The notes under the pieces are model-generated. The model did no database searches. It saw only the letters and a program-made list of their open reading frames with translations, and had not been told where the DNA came from. This document shows positions 13,201-25,231 of a DNA stretch of 64,000 nucleotides, piece after piece. The stretch is from Hormiphora californensis (Eukaryota; Animalia; Ctenophora): contig CM035352.1 in NCBI GenBank assembly GCA_020137815.1, forward strand, positions 4,960,001 through 5,024,000, in the 5' to 3' direction. The position numbers were made by a program, and so were the translations under genes. Positions within the stretch are counted from its first letter, which is position 1. Every line of letters starts with the position of its first letter.

Positions 13201-16200
13201 TAGCGATTCTTCACCAGCTAAACCCAGGGGCAATGCGACAACGTTTTTGTAGCGCGCGAACACTCAAATGTTAAATGTTAGCACTTTGCGCGCAGTCGCG
13301 CCAACTAAAAACTCTACCACATGTCGGCTGAGGGCTCGGATCGCACTGTACTGGCTGAGGCATTCAGCTTCACTGGACGTGGACGCAGTTTCAAGCGACT
13401 CGCTCAGATATTCCTCAAATGTTAGCTGCTATTAAAAGTTGTTGATTACTTTTATTACATCTGCTAATAACCCCCTCTCCAGATTTGGTATTACTGACTA
13501 AATGCGAGGCCCTGTCAAATGGGACACTATGTGAGGCTGATGGCAGCTTTCAAACTACCCAATGTGACTTGACGGCAGGGAAGGACAACTGCCACTGTGT
13601 GTATGGTGATGGATATCCAATGGCGGGGTCGGGGGAAATTTGTAACATCTGTAAGTGTAGTCAAGGAGTTTCAAATCGAAACATCTCGTTTTGATACAAT
13701 ATGTCTTGTCTTAGACAGACACTGTCTCAATTGTTTGGGTCAGCTGCTATAACAGCCCAATTCCCCTCCGGCCTTCTTCCTATAACAGCCCAATCCCCTT
13801 CTCTCAGATCCTGAGATAACCCTCCCAAAGTGTGTTGCTGATTCAGTAGATAACCCCTTTGCGGCCTGTCTCCCCTGGGGAGAGTTCGCTGATGAGAGTT
13901 GTTATGAGGTATATTAAAGGATTTAATAGTTTAGTTTTTTATTGATGAAGTAATTCATTTTCTTTGTCTTCATCTCTAATCTTCATTATCCATTTTTTTT
14001 GGGTCACTTAGCCGCTGAGCAAACCACATACAGCCCGGGTATGGGTAACTATGGCGCTAAGCTCCCCCCTCTTCATTATCTATTACACAACGCCAATACT
14101 TCATCATCTTGTTCAATCTTATTATCAATATATCATATCTTTCCCCCAAGTATAAGACGAAACGGAAATCAAAGTACCTTGTAAATATTTCAATCGATTT
14201 TATTCCATGATGATACAGCGATTTAATACTTTAATTCCTGTTCATTTTGGCATACTTTTGACTTTTTTCATGATCAAATAATATTCGCTGGCAGGTGAGG
14301 AAGTGAGAGGCACAAAAAAATATAATTTTGTTAATATTACAGAAATGTTTAGCTAATAATCATCTCTACCCAGAACGTGTGTTACTGCGTGATGCGAAAC
14401 GGGACTATTATCCACGAATCTGGTTCCCCCATCCAAGGAACGAGGAGAACTAGCTGTCAGGAGATTATTAAGTTTCTTAACAAGCCTGAAACTACCATCG
14501 CAACTGAACCTTTCACATTTGGTTAGTAAAAGTGGGGGTCAACCGAACCGTCACAGAGCGCGGTGAACCATGCGCATGAAGTAAAAAGTTGCCTTGCTAT
14601 GCTTCCCCATCAGTTGTTTACTAAGCTATATTCCCTCAGGCCCGATAATAAATACAGGAACATTTCCCTACACGCCAGCTTCATCTGATCCCGGGATCAC
14701 AACAGAGAATCCCAAATACATTACCACCGACAGGTATACCATCACACATGTATAGTTGTAATAGTTTGTGTAGCCATGCTATGATTTATGGATCATAACT
14801 TATGATACCGCTTCATTTTGTTACGATGCCTCTGCATTCTGTCTCACTAAATCACTATTCTCCTACCCCTTTAAATGCCTGCTGCATATTGTATCATGAC
14901 TCTACCCTCCTCCCTCTCCCTCTCCCATCAACCCTCCTCCCTCTCCCACATTTTATCAACCCTCCTCCCTCTCAGTTTCTTCTCTGAAGCCTCGGAAGGA
15001 CCCGATGATATGGAGGTGGTTCAGTACGAGGAATGGTCTGACTGGGGCGCCTGTTCCAAGGAGTGTGGTGGTGGGTATCAGTCCTCATCTCGGGCATGTC
15101 CTGTAGCGGGGGAGTGCGGTGGGCCAGATATTGCTAACCGATATAGGGATTGTAATACAATGGCCTGTAGAGCTGGTAAGTAGTTTCTGACAGTGTATTA
15201 TAATAGGTGTAGTTGTAATATACCATGTCCTGTCTAACAGCTGATAAGTGTCGAGAAATGTATCAGTGCTGACCTGATCTCATCTCTATTGGTATTCACA
15301 CCCAGCTCCCTCTTACAGCATCTGTGGACCTATTTGATTACACGTGGTCCGAGGACAAGACCAGACTTCAGATGAAATGCTCAGGAAGTGGAGTACCAGA
15401 GCCCTCTGTGGCCATTAGAAATCAAGATGGACACTTCCTAGATGTCAACCAGGTAATACCTAGAGCCTAGGACCTAGGTCAGAGCTATTGTAATGTCCTG
15501 TAGCGAGGGACCAAGTTACGAACGACTCTCTGTTTGTTGTGAAAGTTGGGACTTGCCACTCATTTCTCTGGCTGTGCAGATAAGTAATAACACATGACCT
15601 GGGAAACGCAGTCGCAACTGAGGCCCGAGTAAGTGAGGTGACTGCGCCACCAAAAGAAAGACTACACACACAAAAACATTGTTTAGGTCGAGATGGATGG
15701 TGTGGTTACTGTCTCTATAAACTTTACCCCAATGCGATCAGAGGAGTTCGTGTGTGTGGCTACAGGAGAGGGCCAAGAGAGGGCATCTCTTACCTGGAAA
15801 CAACACCAGGTTAGGGCCATAGTTCTGAAATGTGTATACCCCATCTGAGTTACGGCATCTGGCCCCGGACACTGGACAGGATACTATCCAGTAGATAAAC
15901 CCCGAAATCTCTGACTTTGATAATGAAAGCCCCAAAATATCCGTCCAATCACTCCATCCCTCCTGCTCAAACAGCTGTATATCAATGCTAACCCTCCATT
16001 CTCTCAGCGGCAGTTTCAGCCTTGTCTGCGAGTGCAGAGGTGGTATACGTGCTGCAGAATGTACAGTTGACCTGCTCTGTGGAGGGTCTACCGAGACCTA
16101 ACATCAAGATTTATACCATCGAGGATGGTCTAGTGGCGGTAAGTTGTGATGGGGGAGGGGGGAGTAACGTGGGTGGGGCTGTCTTCTAATATAATGGGTC

Positions 16201-19200
16201 TAATATAATGGGTCAATATTGTATCCTAGATAACACCATGTACTTGATGGTACTTGATGGTACTGCAGTGCTTAGGAACCGGCGATTCTTGTTCGATCTT
16301 TATGTAATAACTTAAGATCGAGATTTTGAACATCGAGAAGAATCGCCGCGCTGGTTCCGAGCAGTGCTTGAACCCTCATTCTAACTAAACATGTTTCAGG
16401 AGGGTGCCGGGCCTCAGCTCAGTATTCCCGTACTACCGACTGCAGAGAAAACCAGATTCTACTGTTCTGCTACCCTTAGTGAGTCATTAAACTATAGTTC
16501 ACTGTGACAGAAAGACACGGACTGTGACAGAAAGACTGGGACTGTAACAGAAAGACTCGGACTGTGACAGAAAGACACGGACTGTAACAGAAAGACTCGG
16601 AATGTAACAGAAAGACTCGGACTGTAACAGAAAGACTCGGACTGTAACAGAAAGACTCGGAATGTAACAGAAAGACTGGGAATGTGACAGAGAATGGGAC
16701 TGTAACAGAAAGACACGGACTGTAACAGAAAGACTGGGACTGTAACAGAAAGACTCGGACTGTGACAGAAAGACACGGACTGTAACAGAAAGACACGGAC
16801 TGTAACAGAAAGACTGGGACTGTAACAGAAAGACACGGACTGTAACAGAAAGACTCGGAATGTAACAGACATTTTCATCCTTCTTCAGATGGAGAGATGG
16901 TTGGAACACCCGAGTCCATTACCATCTACACGGTAGACCCCTGCTCCGGGATCACCTGTCAGCCCCATGCCCAATGTGTCGTGGAGGCGGATGGAGTTAC
17001 CTCCTGTGTGTGCGATGAGTGCCCCCAGGACGACCTGGACAGTTGGGATCCCCTGTGTGGGAGTGACTGTGAGACTTACTATAGTCAGTGTGATATGAAC
17101 AGGGCGGTGTGTCAGAGTGGATTCAATATCAGTGTGGCTTTCAGAGGATCTTGTGCTAGTGCAGGTATATAACATCATTAGTCAATAGTCATTACCCCCC
17201 CTCCTCCCCGTCAGTATCATCTCAGTTTGTAAACCACCTTTTCCTTGTCTCTAAAAAGACTGCCCTCTCCCGGAGAGTCTCTGAACCGGGCGGCGTGCGT
17301 GATATTACAGTCATGTAGTTAACCACCCGGTTTCCCAGGACCCGCAGTGATTGAAGCTAGATGTCCAGCTGAATACCAAACAGAGGGATCATCTGCCGTT
17401 CTGGAGTGCTCCCTATCTGGACTAACTCTTACCGATACTATAACATGGTTAGTAATGAAGCATCTTAACGATGTCACCTCTGAGTCATAGCTCTCCTAAA
17501 TAATGCGATCAAGTTCAAGATTCATCTTGAAATTTCACCGCTAAAGTTAAGATTTGCTGTATCTGGTTAGCTAAACTTAACCTTTTCTTCAGGTCTAAGG
17601 GAGGAGAGGTGATTGGCACGGGTCCTCGACTTGTTCTAACCTCCCTGACCCTCCAAGATAGTGGAACATATTCCTGCAGTGCTGGTGGGTGCACTGGAGA
17701 AGTCTCTACTTCATGCAAGGTAATTTAGTTGTACGATCATGTCACCAAAACTACTCCTTCATAAAATCAGCTGTGGCACACGTAATGCTCCTTCATAAAA
17801 CTAAACAAACATCTTCCAATTTAGTTGGAGGTGGAACGACTACAAACTGAGGAATGTACGCAATACGGTGCTGGCCATTTCCGGCAGTTCAGCGGTGCTA
17901 CGTTCAACTATCCGGGGGTCTGCCATTACATCCTCGCAATGGATTGTAAACGGGGATCCTTCTACATTTATACCGGTACAGCTTTACCTAAAATATCAAA
18001 TCATTATCATTTCACTAAACCATATATCACAGCTCTCTGATGAGAAAGTTGAACAAGCTATACAGACAGATCCTAACCCCATGCTCTCCCATCCCAGGTA
18101 CCAGTGAGTGTGGTACTCCTGCTATTCCCCTTGCATACGCCTCTTCAGTAGTGATCTATGTGGGTAGGGATGCAGTGCAACTTCTCAGAGGATTTGATAT
18201 CAACGAGTTTGGTGTAACCCGGCACATGCGACACAATGATGACGTGACTTATCAAAACTTCCGGTGAGTTGGACCCCGATTTATGTGGTTTGTGAAATGG
18301 GAGCATTCGGGGAGGGGAAGAGGGAATATATTGGGAGAGAGAGAGGGGATATTCATATACTGTGATGGTAGGAATTAGTGGGGAATCCAGGGAATGAATG
18401 ATAATAAACAGCATTATATTATTCCGCTCCACCGCCTTTACCCCAGTAAAAACACAAAACAGACAACCTGGATAAATTTAAAGGGGAAATCAACAAGTTT
18501 AACACATTCCAACACTCTAACACATTTCAACATACAAATTCTAACACCTCTCACGCCCTGCTTCGTTTATTTTTAAAGAACGTTTTAACCTGTCTAACAG
18601 AAAGTCCCGTCTGCTCGGAAAGTGTCTGAAGTATGGCCTGGTCGGGGTGCCGGGTAACTCTCCATACCTCCTCCATCAACGCTCTGTTGTCTGTAGAATG
18701 GAAATTGTTGGTTACGGGTGTGATGGATGCTATGGATGGTGGTACTGGGTTCTGCTTTCCGGAGTCGGTAACGGACCGCGGGAGTGAGTCTAGGCAACCC
18801 TTTCTCGGTTCTCATCAACCCATAAACAGCCTCAAACCAGAGTTTTTGGAGTACAGGGTGTTCCTGGACTGGGAAGGTGGTGTTTTGGATATACTCCTTG
18901 GCACGAGCAAAATCTCCATTGTCTCGAATAGCGGTCTGCACCATCTGGAGTGCGGGGGATGATGGACCAGTCTCAGGCAGGGTGGTGGAGGATAGAACAA
19001 TGGGTTGTTGGGGAACACCAGTTGTATGTACTGTAATAGTGACACTAGGTTGGGGAACTGCACCAGTAGGTACTGTATTGGGCAAGTGGGCCATGGTAGG
19101 GAGTGTAGTGGGCAAGTGGGCCATAGTAGGGAGTGTAGTGGGCAAGTGGACCATAGTAGGGAGCCCTGCCTGGTAATGTGCGGGTAAAGGAGGCTGCTGG

Positions 19201-22200
19201 ATTGAGGGTTCTTGCTGAACTGGAACTACAGATGGAACAGTGGTGTGGTGCTGATGTACACCCTGCCGTGGTGGAGCCAATGTAGTGGTAGTGGGTACCG
19301 GAGGTATTCCAGCCAATGTAGTAGGTACCGGAGGGATTGTTATTGGTGAGATAATCGTCGTGGGATCTACCAAAGGGCTGGGAGTTGCTCTCTGTTTCTC
19401 AGGGATATATTGTGGTGGCAGATCAGGACTTGACATGGCCAAGGGTTCAGGTCTAATGCCCAACAAGGCCGTGGGTGGGGGTTTCACAGCAGGCTGGGGT
19501 TCAGACACAGCACCCACTAGTTCCTCTAGCTCCTCCTTGACTGCAGTGAGATTTAGGACACTTGAATGTGAAGCGTCCATGACGGTATCAGACATGTTGC
19601 TACTACGGTTCAATCTCACAGAGCTCCTCAGTTCATCTAGTTCGGTGCTAAGGTTTAGTATCCGGGCTAGAGAGTGGTCCAGTGGAGGTCGTGTAGGTCG
19701 GGTATCAGGGAGGGAGGTAAGTGGTTTACTGGGTAGTGAGGTAACGATCATAGTGGATCCAACAGTGGGCAGTGAGGTAGTAGATCCACTAGGCAGGCAT
19801 CCAACATTGGACATGCTTCCAACAGCAATATTGGGCAGTGAGGTAGTAGATCTACTAGGCAGGCATCCAACAGCAACATTGGGCAGGCTTCCAATACTAT
19901 TGGGCAGGCCAGAAGAGAGGTGGGGAACAGGATGGGCAGTCTCTTGGCAGAGCGCAGTAGGAAGGAACTTGTAGGGAGAGAGAGGAGGGAGTGGTGGGGG
20001 CGGAGGGATGGAAAACAACCGAGGAGAGAAAAACAAACGATCCATCATGCAGCAGAGCGAGAAGTGAATTGTTATCAGAATCCGATCTACTAGAGATAGG
20101 GCTGTTATCAGAATCCGATCTACTAGAGATCTTATCTCTTGATATCTGATCCCACTGCGAATCTGATCAGTGATCACAATTGTATGTTCGCAGCTCAGGT
20201 TCTGATCAATCATAATATGGTTATCTTGTTCAATCAACTTCAATTTCACCCAGTTATTATATCACCCCAATCAACAAACTAATCAGCTTTTCTAGTGATT
20301 GTTTTGGTACACATCCGCGTGGCACTGATCAGAATCCTTTCTACTACTTCCTGAAAGAGAATCATAACTGATCAAATCCTCAAATATCCTCTCTCATCAA
20401 CAAATTACTAATCATCTTCCACCCAGAAAACTTCTGTATGGCGGCGCCATACCCCATTTGATTCTCAGTGCGCTCAGATGGGTCGCAGCGCCAGACAGGA
20501 AAACTTTGGCTTACCAGAATTTCAAACTAAACATTCTCTCTCTCCTCAGGATCCGACGACACAACGACCTTCTCACCCTAACCCACCCTTCCACCAACTT
20601 TACCCTGCACTGGGATGGTCTGACGACAGTATCCCTCACTATGGACAAGAGTTACTCTGGGAAGTTGTGTGGTCTGTGTGGTGATGTTGGGATGAAACAG
20701 AATCATGTCAAGGATCCACAGGGTCATGGGGCTCGCTTTGAAGTTGACAGGTTAGTTGTTGGGTGTAATGTCGATACCCTTCAAAAGATATATCTTACGG
20801 CTTACGCGGACCAGTATGTGACTTATCATTCTACATGACTGGCTCAGAGAGGGCAGTCTTTTGTGTGACAGTATGAACTATTAGACAGTATGAACTATGA
20901 GACATGTCTAACAGCTAGCTGGTCTACTAACTCCCCTCTCCTCCCCCAGGTACGATAGTTCTAACTCCCCTCCCCTCCCTCCAGGTATGATAGGTGTAAC
21001 GTGGCTGATATCCCTGAGAACACTTGTACAAGCGAGGAGGCAGAGAGGAATGCAACTGATCAGTGTACTGCTGCCCTGAACAGTGTCTCATTCAGTAGAT
21101 GCCATGGTAACTAAAAATCCGAAATTAGTTTTCTCCGTCTATTCCGGCTGTACAAAATGAGTAGATACTTATCATTGTAAAATTTTGAGATATAATATAA
21201 TTCTTTAGGTAGCACTGCTTGTACAACTTATAACACCCCCCAGTGTTATAAGTTTTCACTTATAACACCCCCCAGTGTTATAAGTTTTCACTTATAACAC
21301 CCCCCAGTGATACATGAAAACTTATAACACTGCTGCACTTAAAACTCCTTACTCCACTGTTTCTGTCACACTTAGAAAGATAAGCGTGTACGAACTCTCT
21401 CTCTCTCTCTTTCTTTATGTCACACTCACAAGTTGTTGCAGCACCGATATCAAGATAACAGTTACGAACTCCCGGACCTACACATTCTTTATCTCTCTCA
21501 CTCTCACTAATCTCTCACTCTCTTTACCTATCTCAGGCGTTATCTTATCTTATACTAATATCTCTGCCTGCTACCTTATCATGAATACGTTCTATTGTTA
21601 CGCCCTAAAGTGTCTCTCACTCTTGTTTTAAAAATTTTACAATGCAATTTTATTATGCCTATTTTCGTTGTACCTGACGTCAACAATAATGTCCCAGATT
21701 CTTACACTTTTAGACCTCGCAGGCTCGGTCAAAAAGTAAAACTACATCACTCGCAGGCTCGTGAGGTAGTTACACTTAATGGCACTCGCAGGCTCGTGCA
21801 CTAAAGTACAAGAATCTGCCTCGACCTGTGGTCTCGGATCATTATTGTTGCACTTATAACACTCGACTATGGTGCTCCAAATGGCTCATGTTAAATTTCT
21901 GTGTTAAATTATAAAAAGCGAACTAAAAGTGAAAAAAAGTGAAGTGAAAACAAAGTGAAGTGAAAAAAAAGTGAAGTGAAAACAAAGTGAAGTGAAAAAA
22001 AAGTGAAGTGAAAAAAAAGTGAAGTGAAAATAAAGTGAAGTGAAAAAAAAGTGAAGTGAAAACAAAGTGAAGTGAAAAAAAGTGAAGTGAAAAAAAGTGA
22101 AGTGAAAAAAAAGTGAAGTGAAAAAAAGTGAAGTGAAAAAAAAGTGAAGTGAAAAAAAAGTGAAGTGAAAAAAAAGTGAAGTGAAAAAAAAGTGAAGTGA

Positions 22201-24268
22201 AAAATTTTTGATTTGACCTCTTGGTGAGTCACGTGCTCTAAATGGCTCAGGTGGCTCAGGTAGGATAGACGCTTTTTATAAACCATATTGAGGCCAAACG
22301 AAAAGAGATCGAGACTTCTAGTTTTCACTAGCTGGTAGATCTACTAGATGTGTGTGCATTAGTTGGGGTGAACTTTACCATCATCTCCAGAAACGTCCTA
22401 CAGAACGTCTTAAAGTTGTCATTTTTGATACACTGACCAAACTTCTTTGAGCTCAATTTACACCTTTAAAATGGATTCTAATCGAAAAATCAAGACTATA
22501 TCATGGAAAGAGAATTGTCTGAACTTTCAGATACTATATAGCAAATTTTCAGAACCCGAGTTCTAAGGGTCGTAAATCGCGTCGAAAGTGTTATGACTAT
22601 GTTAAAATAGATATGACGATATGGCTTTTTTCGCCATAGCGGGTCCAAATCTCAACAAATCCATCTCAAACTTAATCAATATCTTCGACTTGATATTCCG
22701 GATGATAGTACGTCATCAGTATGACGTCATAACGTCGTGACGTCACGTTATGACGTCAAAATGAAGTCGAAAATAAATTTCTTATTTTGACGTCATATTT
22801 GACGTCACTAACGTGACGTCACGACGTTATGACGTCATACTGATGACGTACTATCATCCGGAATATCAAGTCGAAGATATTGATTAAGTTTGAGATGGAT
22901 TTGTTGAGATTTGGACCCGCTATGGCGAAAAAAGCCATATCGTCATATCTATTTTAACATAGTCATAACACTTTCGACGCGATTTACGACCCTTAGAACT
23001 CGGGTTCTGAAAATTTGCAATATAGTATCTGAAAGTTCAGACAATTCTCTTTCCATGATATAGTCTTGATTTTTCGATTAGAATCCATTTTAAAGGTGTA
23101 AATTGAGCTCAAAGAAGTTTGGTCAGTGTATCAAAAATGACAACTTTAAGACGTTCTGTAGGACGTTTCTGGAGATGATGGTAAAGTTCACCCCAACTAA
23201 TGCACACACATCTAGTAGATCTACCAGCTAGTGAAAACTAGAAGTCTCGATCTCTTTTCGTTTGGCCTCAATATGGTTTATAAAAAGCGTCTATCCTACC
23301 TGAGCCACCTGAGCCATTTAGAGCACGTGACTCACCAAGAGGTCAAATCAAAAATTTTTCAATTCACTTTTTTTTCACTTCACTTTTTTTTCACTTCACT
23401 TTTTTTTTCCATTTCACTTTTTTTTCACTTCACTTTTTTTCACTTCACTTTTTTTTCACTTCACTTTGTTTTCACTTCACTTTTTTTTCACTTCACTTTG
23501 TTTTCACTTCACTTTGTTTTCACTTCACTTTTTTTTCACTTCACTTTATTTTCACTTCACTTTTTTTTTCACTTCACTTTTTGTTCACTTCACTTTTTTT
23601 CACTTCACTTTGTTTTCACTTCACTTTTTTTCACTTCACTTTGTTTTCACTTCACTTTTTTTCACTTTTAGTTCGCTTTTTATAATTTAACACAGAAATT
23701 CAACATGAGCCATTTGGAGCACCATACTCGACCTTCGGTCTCGTGTTATAAGTTTTCAGGTACAACTTGTAGCCATAATAAAATCCTACATAACCGGTAT
23801 AAATATAGCACGCAATTATACTGAATACACCTCATTTCAGATATTGTATCGGTGGATCGGTTCATGGACTCCTGTGTATTCGACACGTGTGGGGTAGCCT
23901 GGAAGAGGGAATACCACACGGGCCTGTGTAATGTGCTCCACGCGTATGCCATTGCATGTCATGATCTGGGGGTTGATGTGAGTGGATGGAGATACGGAAC
24001 ACCCTGCTCACAAGAGGTAGGAAACTAATTCTAACAACCTATACATGTGGATAGTTCATTATGGGCCATAAATAAAGTCACACTATATCCCATAACTTAT
24101 GGCATAGTATGCCTTTATTTCCATTTCTTCACCTCACAGTTTACCGCATGTCCAACACTCACATTCTCCCAGCGAATGCACCAAGTGGCGTACATGAGCA
24201 GACGGAAGAAGAGACGGAAGAGGTCTCTGGGCATCAGTGAGATGGACATAATGTTAGGAGGGGATTGA
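6813..24268 (+). CDS. Multi-exon, probably secreted/ECM mosaic protein: TSP1 - thyroglobulin type-1 x~4 - TSP1 - Ig x2 - follistatin/Kazal - Ig - VWD - C8 - polybasic tail (5' end not identified)
   Basis: GT-AG exons: ~6813-6949 (FSEWSQWSDC, TSP1); 11020-11220 (QQC..CWCV, TY); 12631-12743; 12897-12990; 13483-13650; 13808-13908; 14374-14521; 14640-14733; 14976-15175 (WSDWGACSKECGGG, TSP1); 15319-15452; 15687-15809; 16008-16138; 16400-16478 (Ig); 16889-17164 (PLCGSDCETYYSQC, FS/Kazal); 17339-17447; 17593-17719 (DSGTYSC, Ig); 17825-17975 (GAGHFRQFSG, VWD); 18098-18263; 20550-20750 (KLCGLCG); 20985-21106; 23841-24016 (CVFDTC..LHAYAIAC, C8); 24140-24268 stop. Phases I checked join except 15809/16008. 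Confidence 0.85.
7380..7735. repeat. Degenerate (AG)n simple repeat
   Basis: Source of the R/E/G-rich spurious ORFs at 7157-7965. Confidence 0.9.
8570..8669. other. Assembly gap (100 N) with duplicated, error-rich flank
   Basis: ~8063-8460 is a degraded, homopolymer-inflated copy of ~8711-9115, as expected from a low-quality read end. Confidence 0.9.
11735..11850. mobile_element. Short MITE-like element (..GAACCGACCGAA...TTCGGCCGGTTC..) with two CTGATTGG motifs and a CACGTG
   Basis: Imperfect inverted ends; intronic, non-coding. Confidence 0.5.
12437..12630 (+). repeat. Tandem repeat of poly-C + ACTAAACCCTATTTA ending at a splice acceptor
   Basis: About 6 units immediately upstream of exon 12631. 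Confidence 0.85.
16501..16868. repeat. 20-bp minisatellite (ACTGTAACAGAAAGACTCGG variants) filling an intron
   Basis: About 18 head-to-tail units, no unique spacers. Confidence 0.95.
18551..20048 (-). CDS. Intronless divergent SIX-class homeobox gene (Pro/Thr-rich N-term, SIX-domain C-half, homeodomain) with a +1 frameshift at ~18757; gene with an assembly error or recent pseudogene
   Basis: ORF 18594..20249 contains HPVLQKLWFEAVY..LTPAVRYRLRK (cf. SIX domain HxxLQxLWxxAHY..LGAVxKYRVRRK). Removing one T of TTT at 18756-18758 continues as QNPVPPSI...RALMEEVWRVTRHPDQAILQTLSEQTGLSVRQVKTFFKNKRSRA*, a homeodomain with K50/N51/R53; stop TGA at 18551-18553. Start Met uncertain. Confidence 0.8.
21209..23790. 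mobile_element. Non-autonomous hairpin-rich interspersed element (host of the foldback insertion), related to ~39170-40020
   Basis: ACTTATAACACCCCCCAGTGTTATAAGT hairpin repeats at 21227-21310; CTCGCAGGCTCG stem-loop array at 21705-21867 continuing at 23727-23755; homologous block at 39790-39975. Boundaries approximate. Confidence 0.6.
21868..23726. mobile_element. ~1.86-kb foldback element (arms ~890 bp, ~40-bp spacer) with subterminal (AAGTGAAGTGAAAAAA)n arrays and 6-bp TSD CTCGAC
   Basis: TATGGTGCTCC...GGAGCACCATA ends; CTCGAC at 21862-21867 and 23727-23732; arms near-identical in reverse complement. Confidence 0.92.
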
Positions 24269-25231
24269 CGGAGACAATCTAGTCAATAATGATAGACAGA
24301 AGAATGATAGGAGAGAGAAATCTGGAGAGAGAGAAAGAGACGTTAATTAGAGGAATAGAGTTAAATTTTAATGGTTGCCTCCAATTTCTTTTAGAATTTT
24401 AGCAATATAATATTAATAATTATTACTGCTATGCTCTCACGCGAGTTTTTAAAGTGCAACTACCGTGTTGACTCAACACTGTTGAGTGCACTTTTTCGTT
24501 GATATATTGTTTTATTTGAATGTGTAAAAAGGGTGAATAGGAAGTTTGTTATGATGAGATACCCTATAGTACTAGGACTCATGAATGTTGAGTATGATCA
24601 GTCTGTAGTTAGGATGAGGTGTTTTAGTAGGGTAAATTTATATCCTAAATAGGGTGCGAGAAGATTTGAACAGATTCGACAGTCGACAGAAACGTTGTAC
24701 ATCGACTTCTTTTGAAAATATTTTTACTGCCCCTGTTCAACATGCCGTTGAGATGTTAATTTGATGTACTCGAATTAAAACTATTTGCGAGGTGACATGG
24801 CCCTAGCCAGAGCACCTAATGAGATGCCGGGAACCGGAATGGTTTTGTAAGAAAGTGTCTTTATAATGTATTACTGTTACTTGACCGCATTTTACTGCAA
24901 TTCCAAAAAAACTGATAATCTGTTGATTTTTATTTCCCACTTTTTTGGGAATGGACGGGGCCATCTTGCGCTTGCCAGCGCAGTGATCAGTCTAGTTTGT
25001 GCCGCGCAAATACAACGCCGCGCATTTATAAGTGCCGCGCGATTCTTTAAGATTTTTGAAACAAAAATCCAACTCCCAAATTTTTTGTTTTCCACTCAAA
25101 ACTTTAAAAAATCAAATTTTGAAATCTGATCTCTGAAGTGGAACTGTAAGCACGCTCCAGGCTTCTTTCCCTGACCCCATCTGATACGAGACCTATTGAA
25201 AACAGTTTCTGCTGTCGATTGGTTCGTATTT

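Noticed and set aside
16501-16868. Regular 20-bp repeat resembling a CRISPR array, with long ORFs in three minus frames
   Set aside because: Head-to-tail units with no unique spacers, no cas genes, eukaryotic intron: a minisatellite.
19285-19974. 229-aa + strand ORF
   Set aside because: Antisense shadow of the SIX-like ORF's repetitive region.
21909-23690. Mirror ORFs MKTRSLDLFSF... on both strands
   Set aside because: By-product of the foldback arms and their AAGTG repeats; no transposase motifs.
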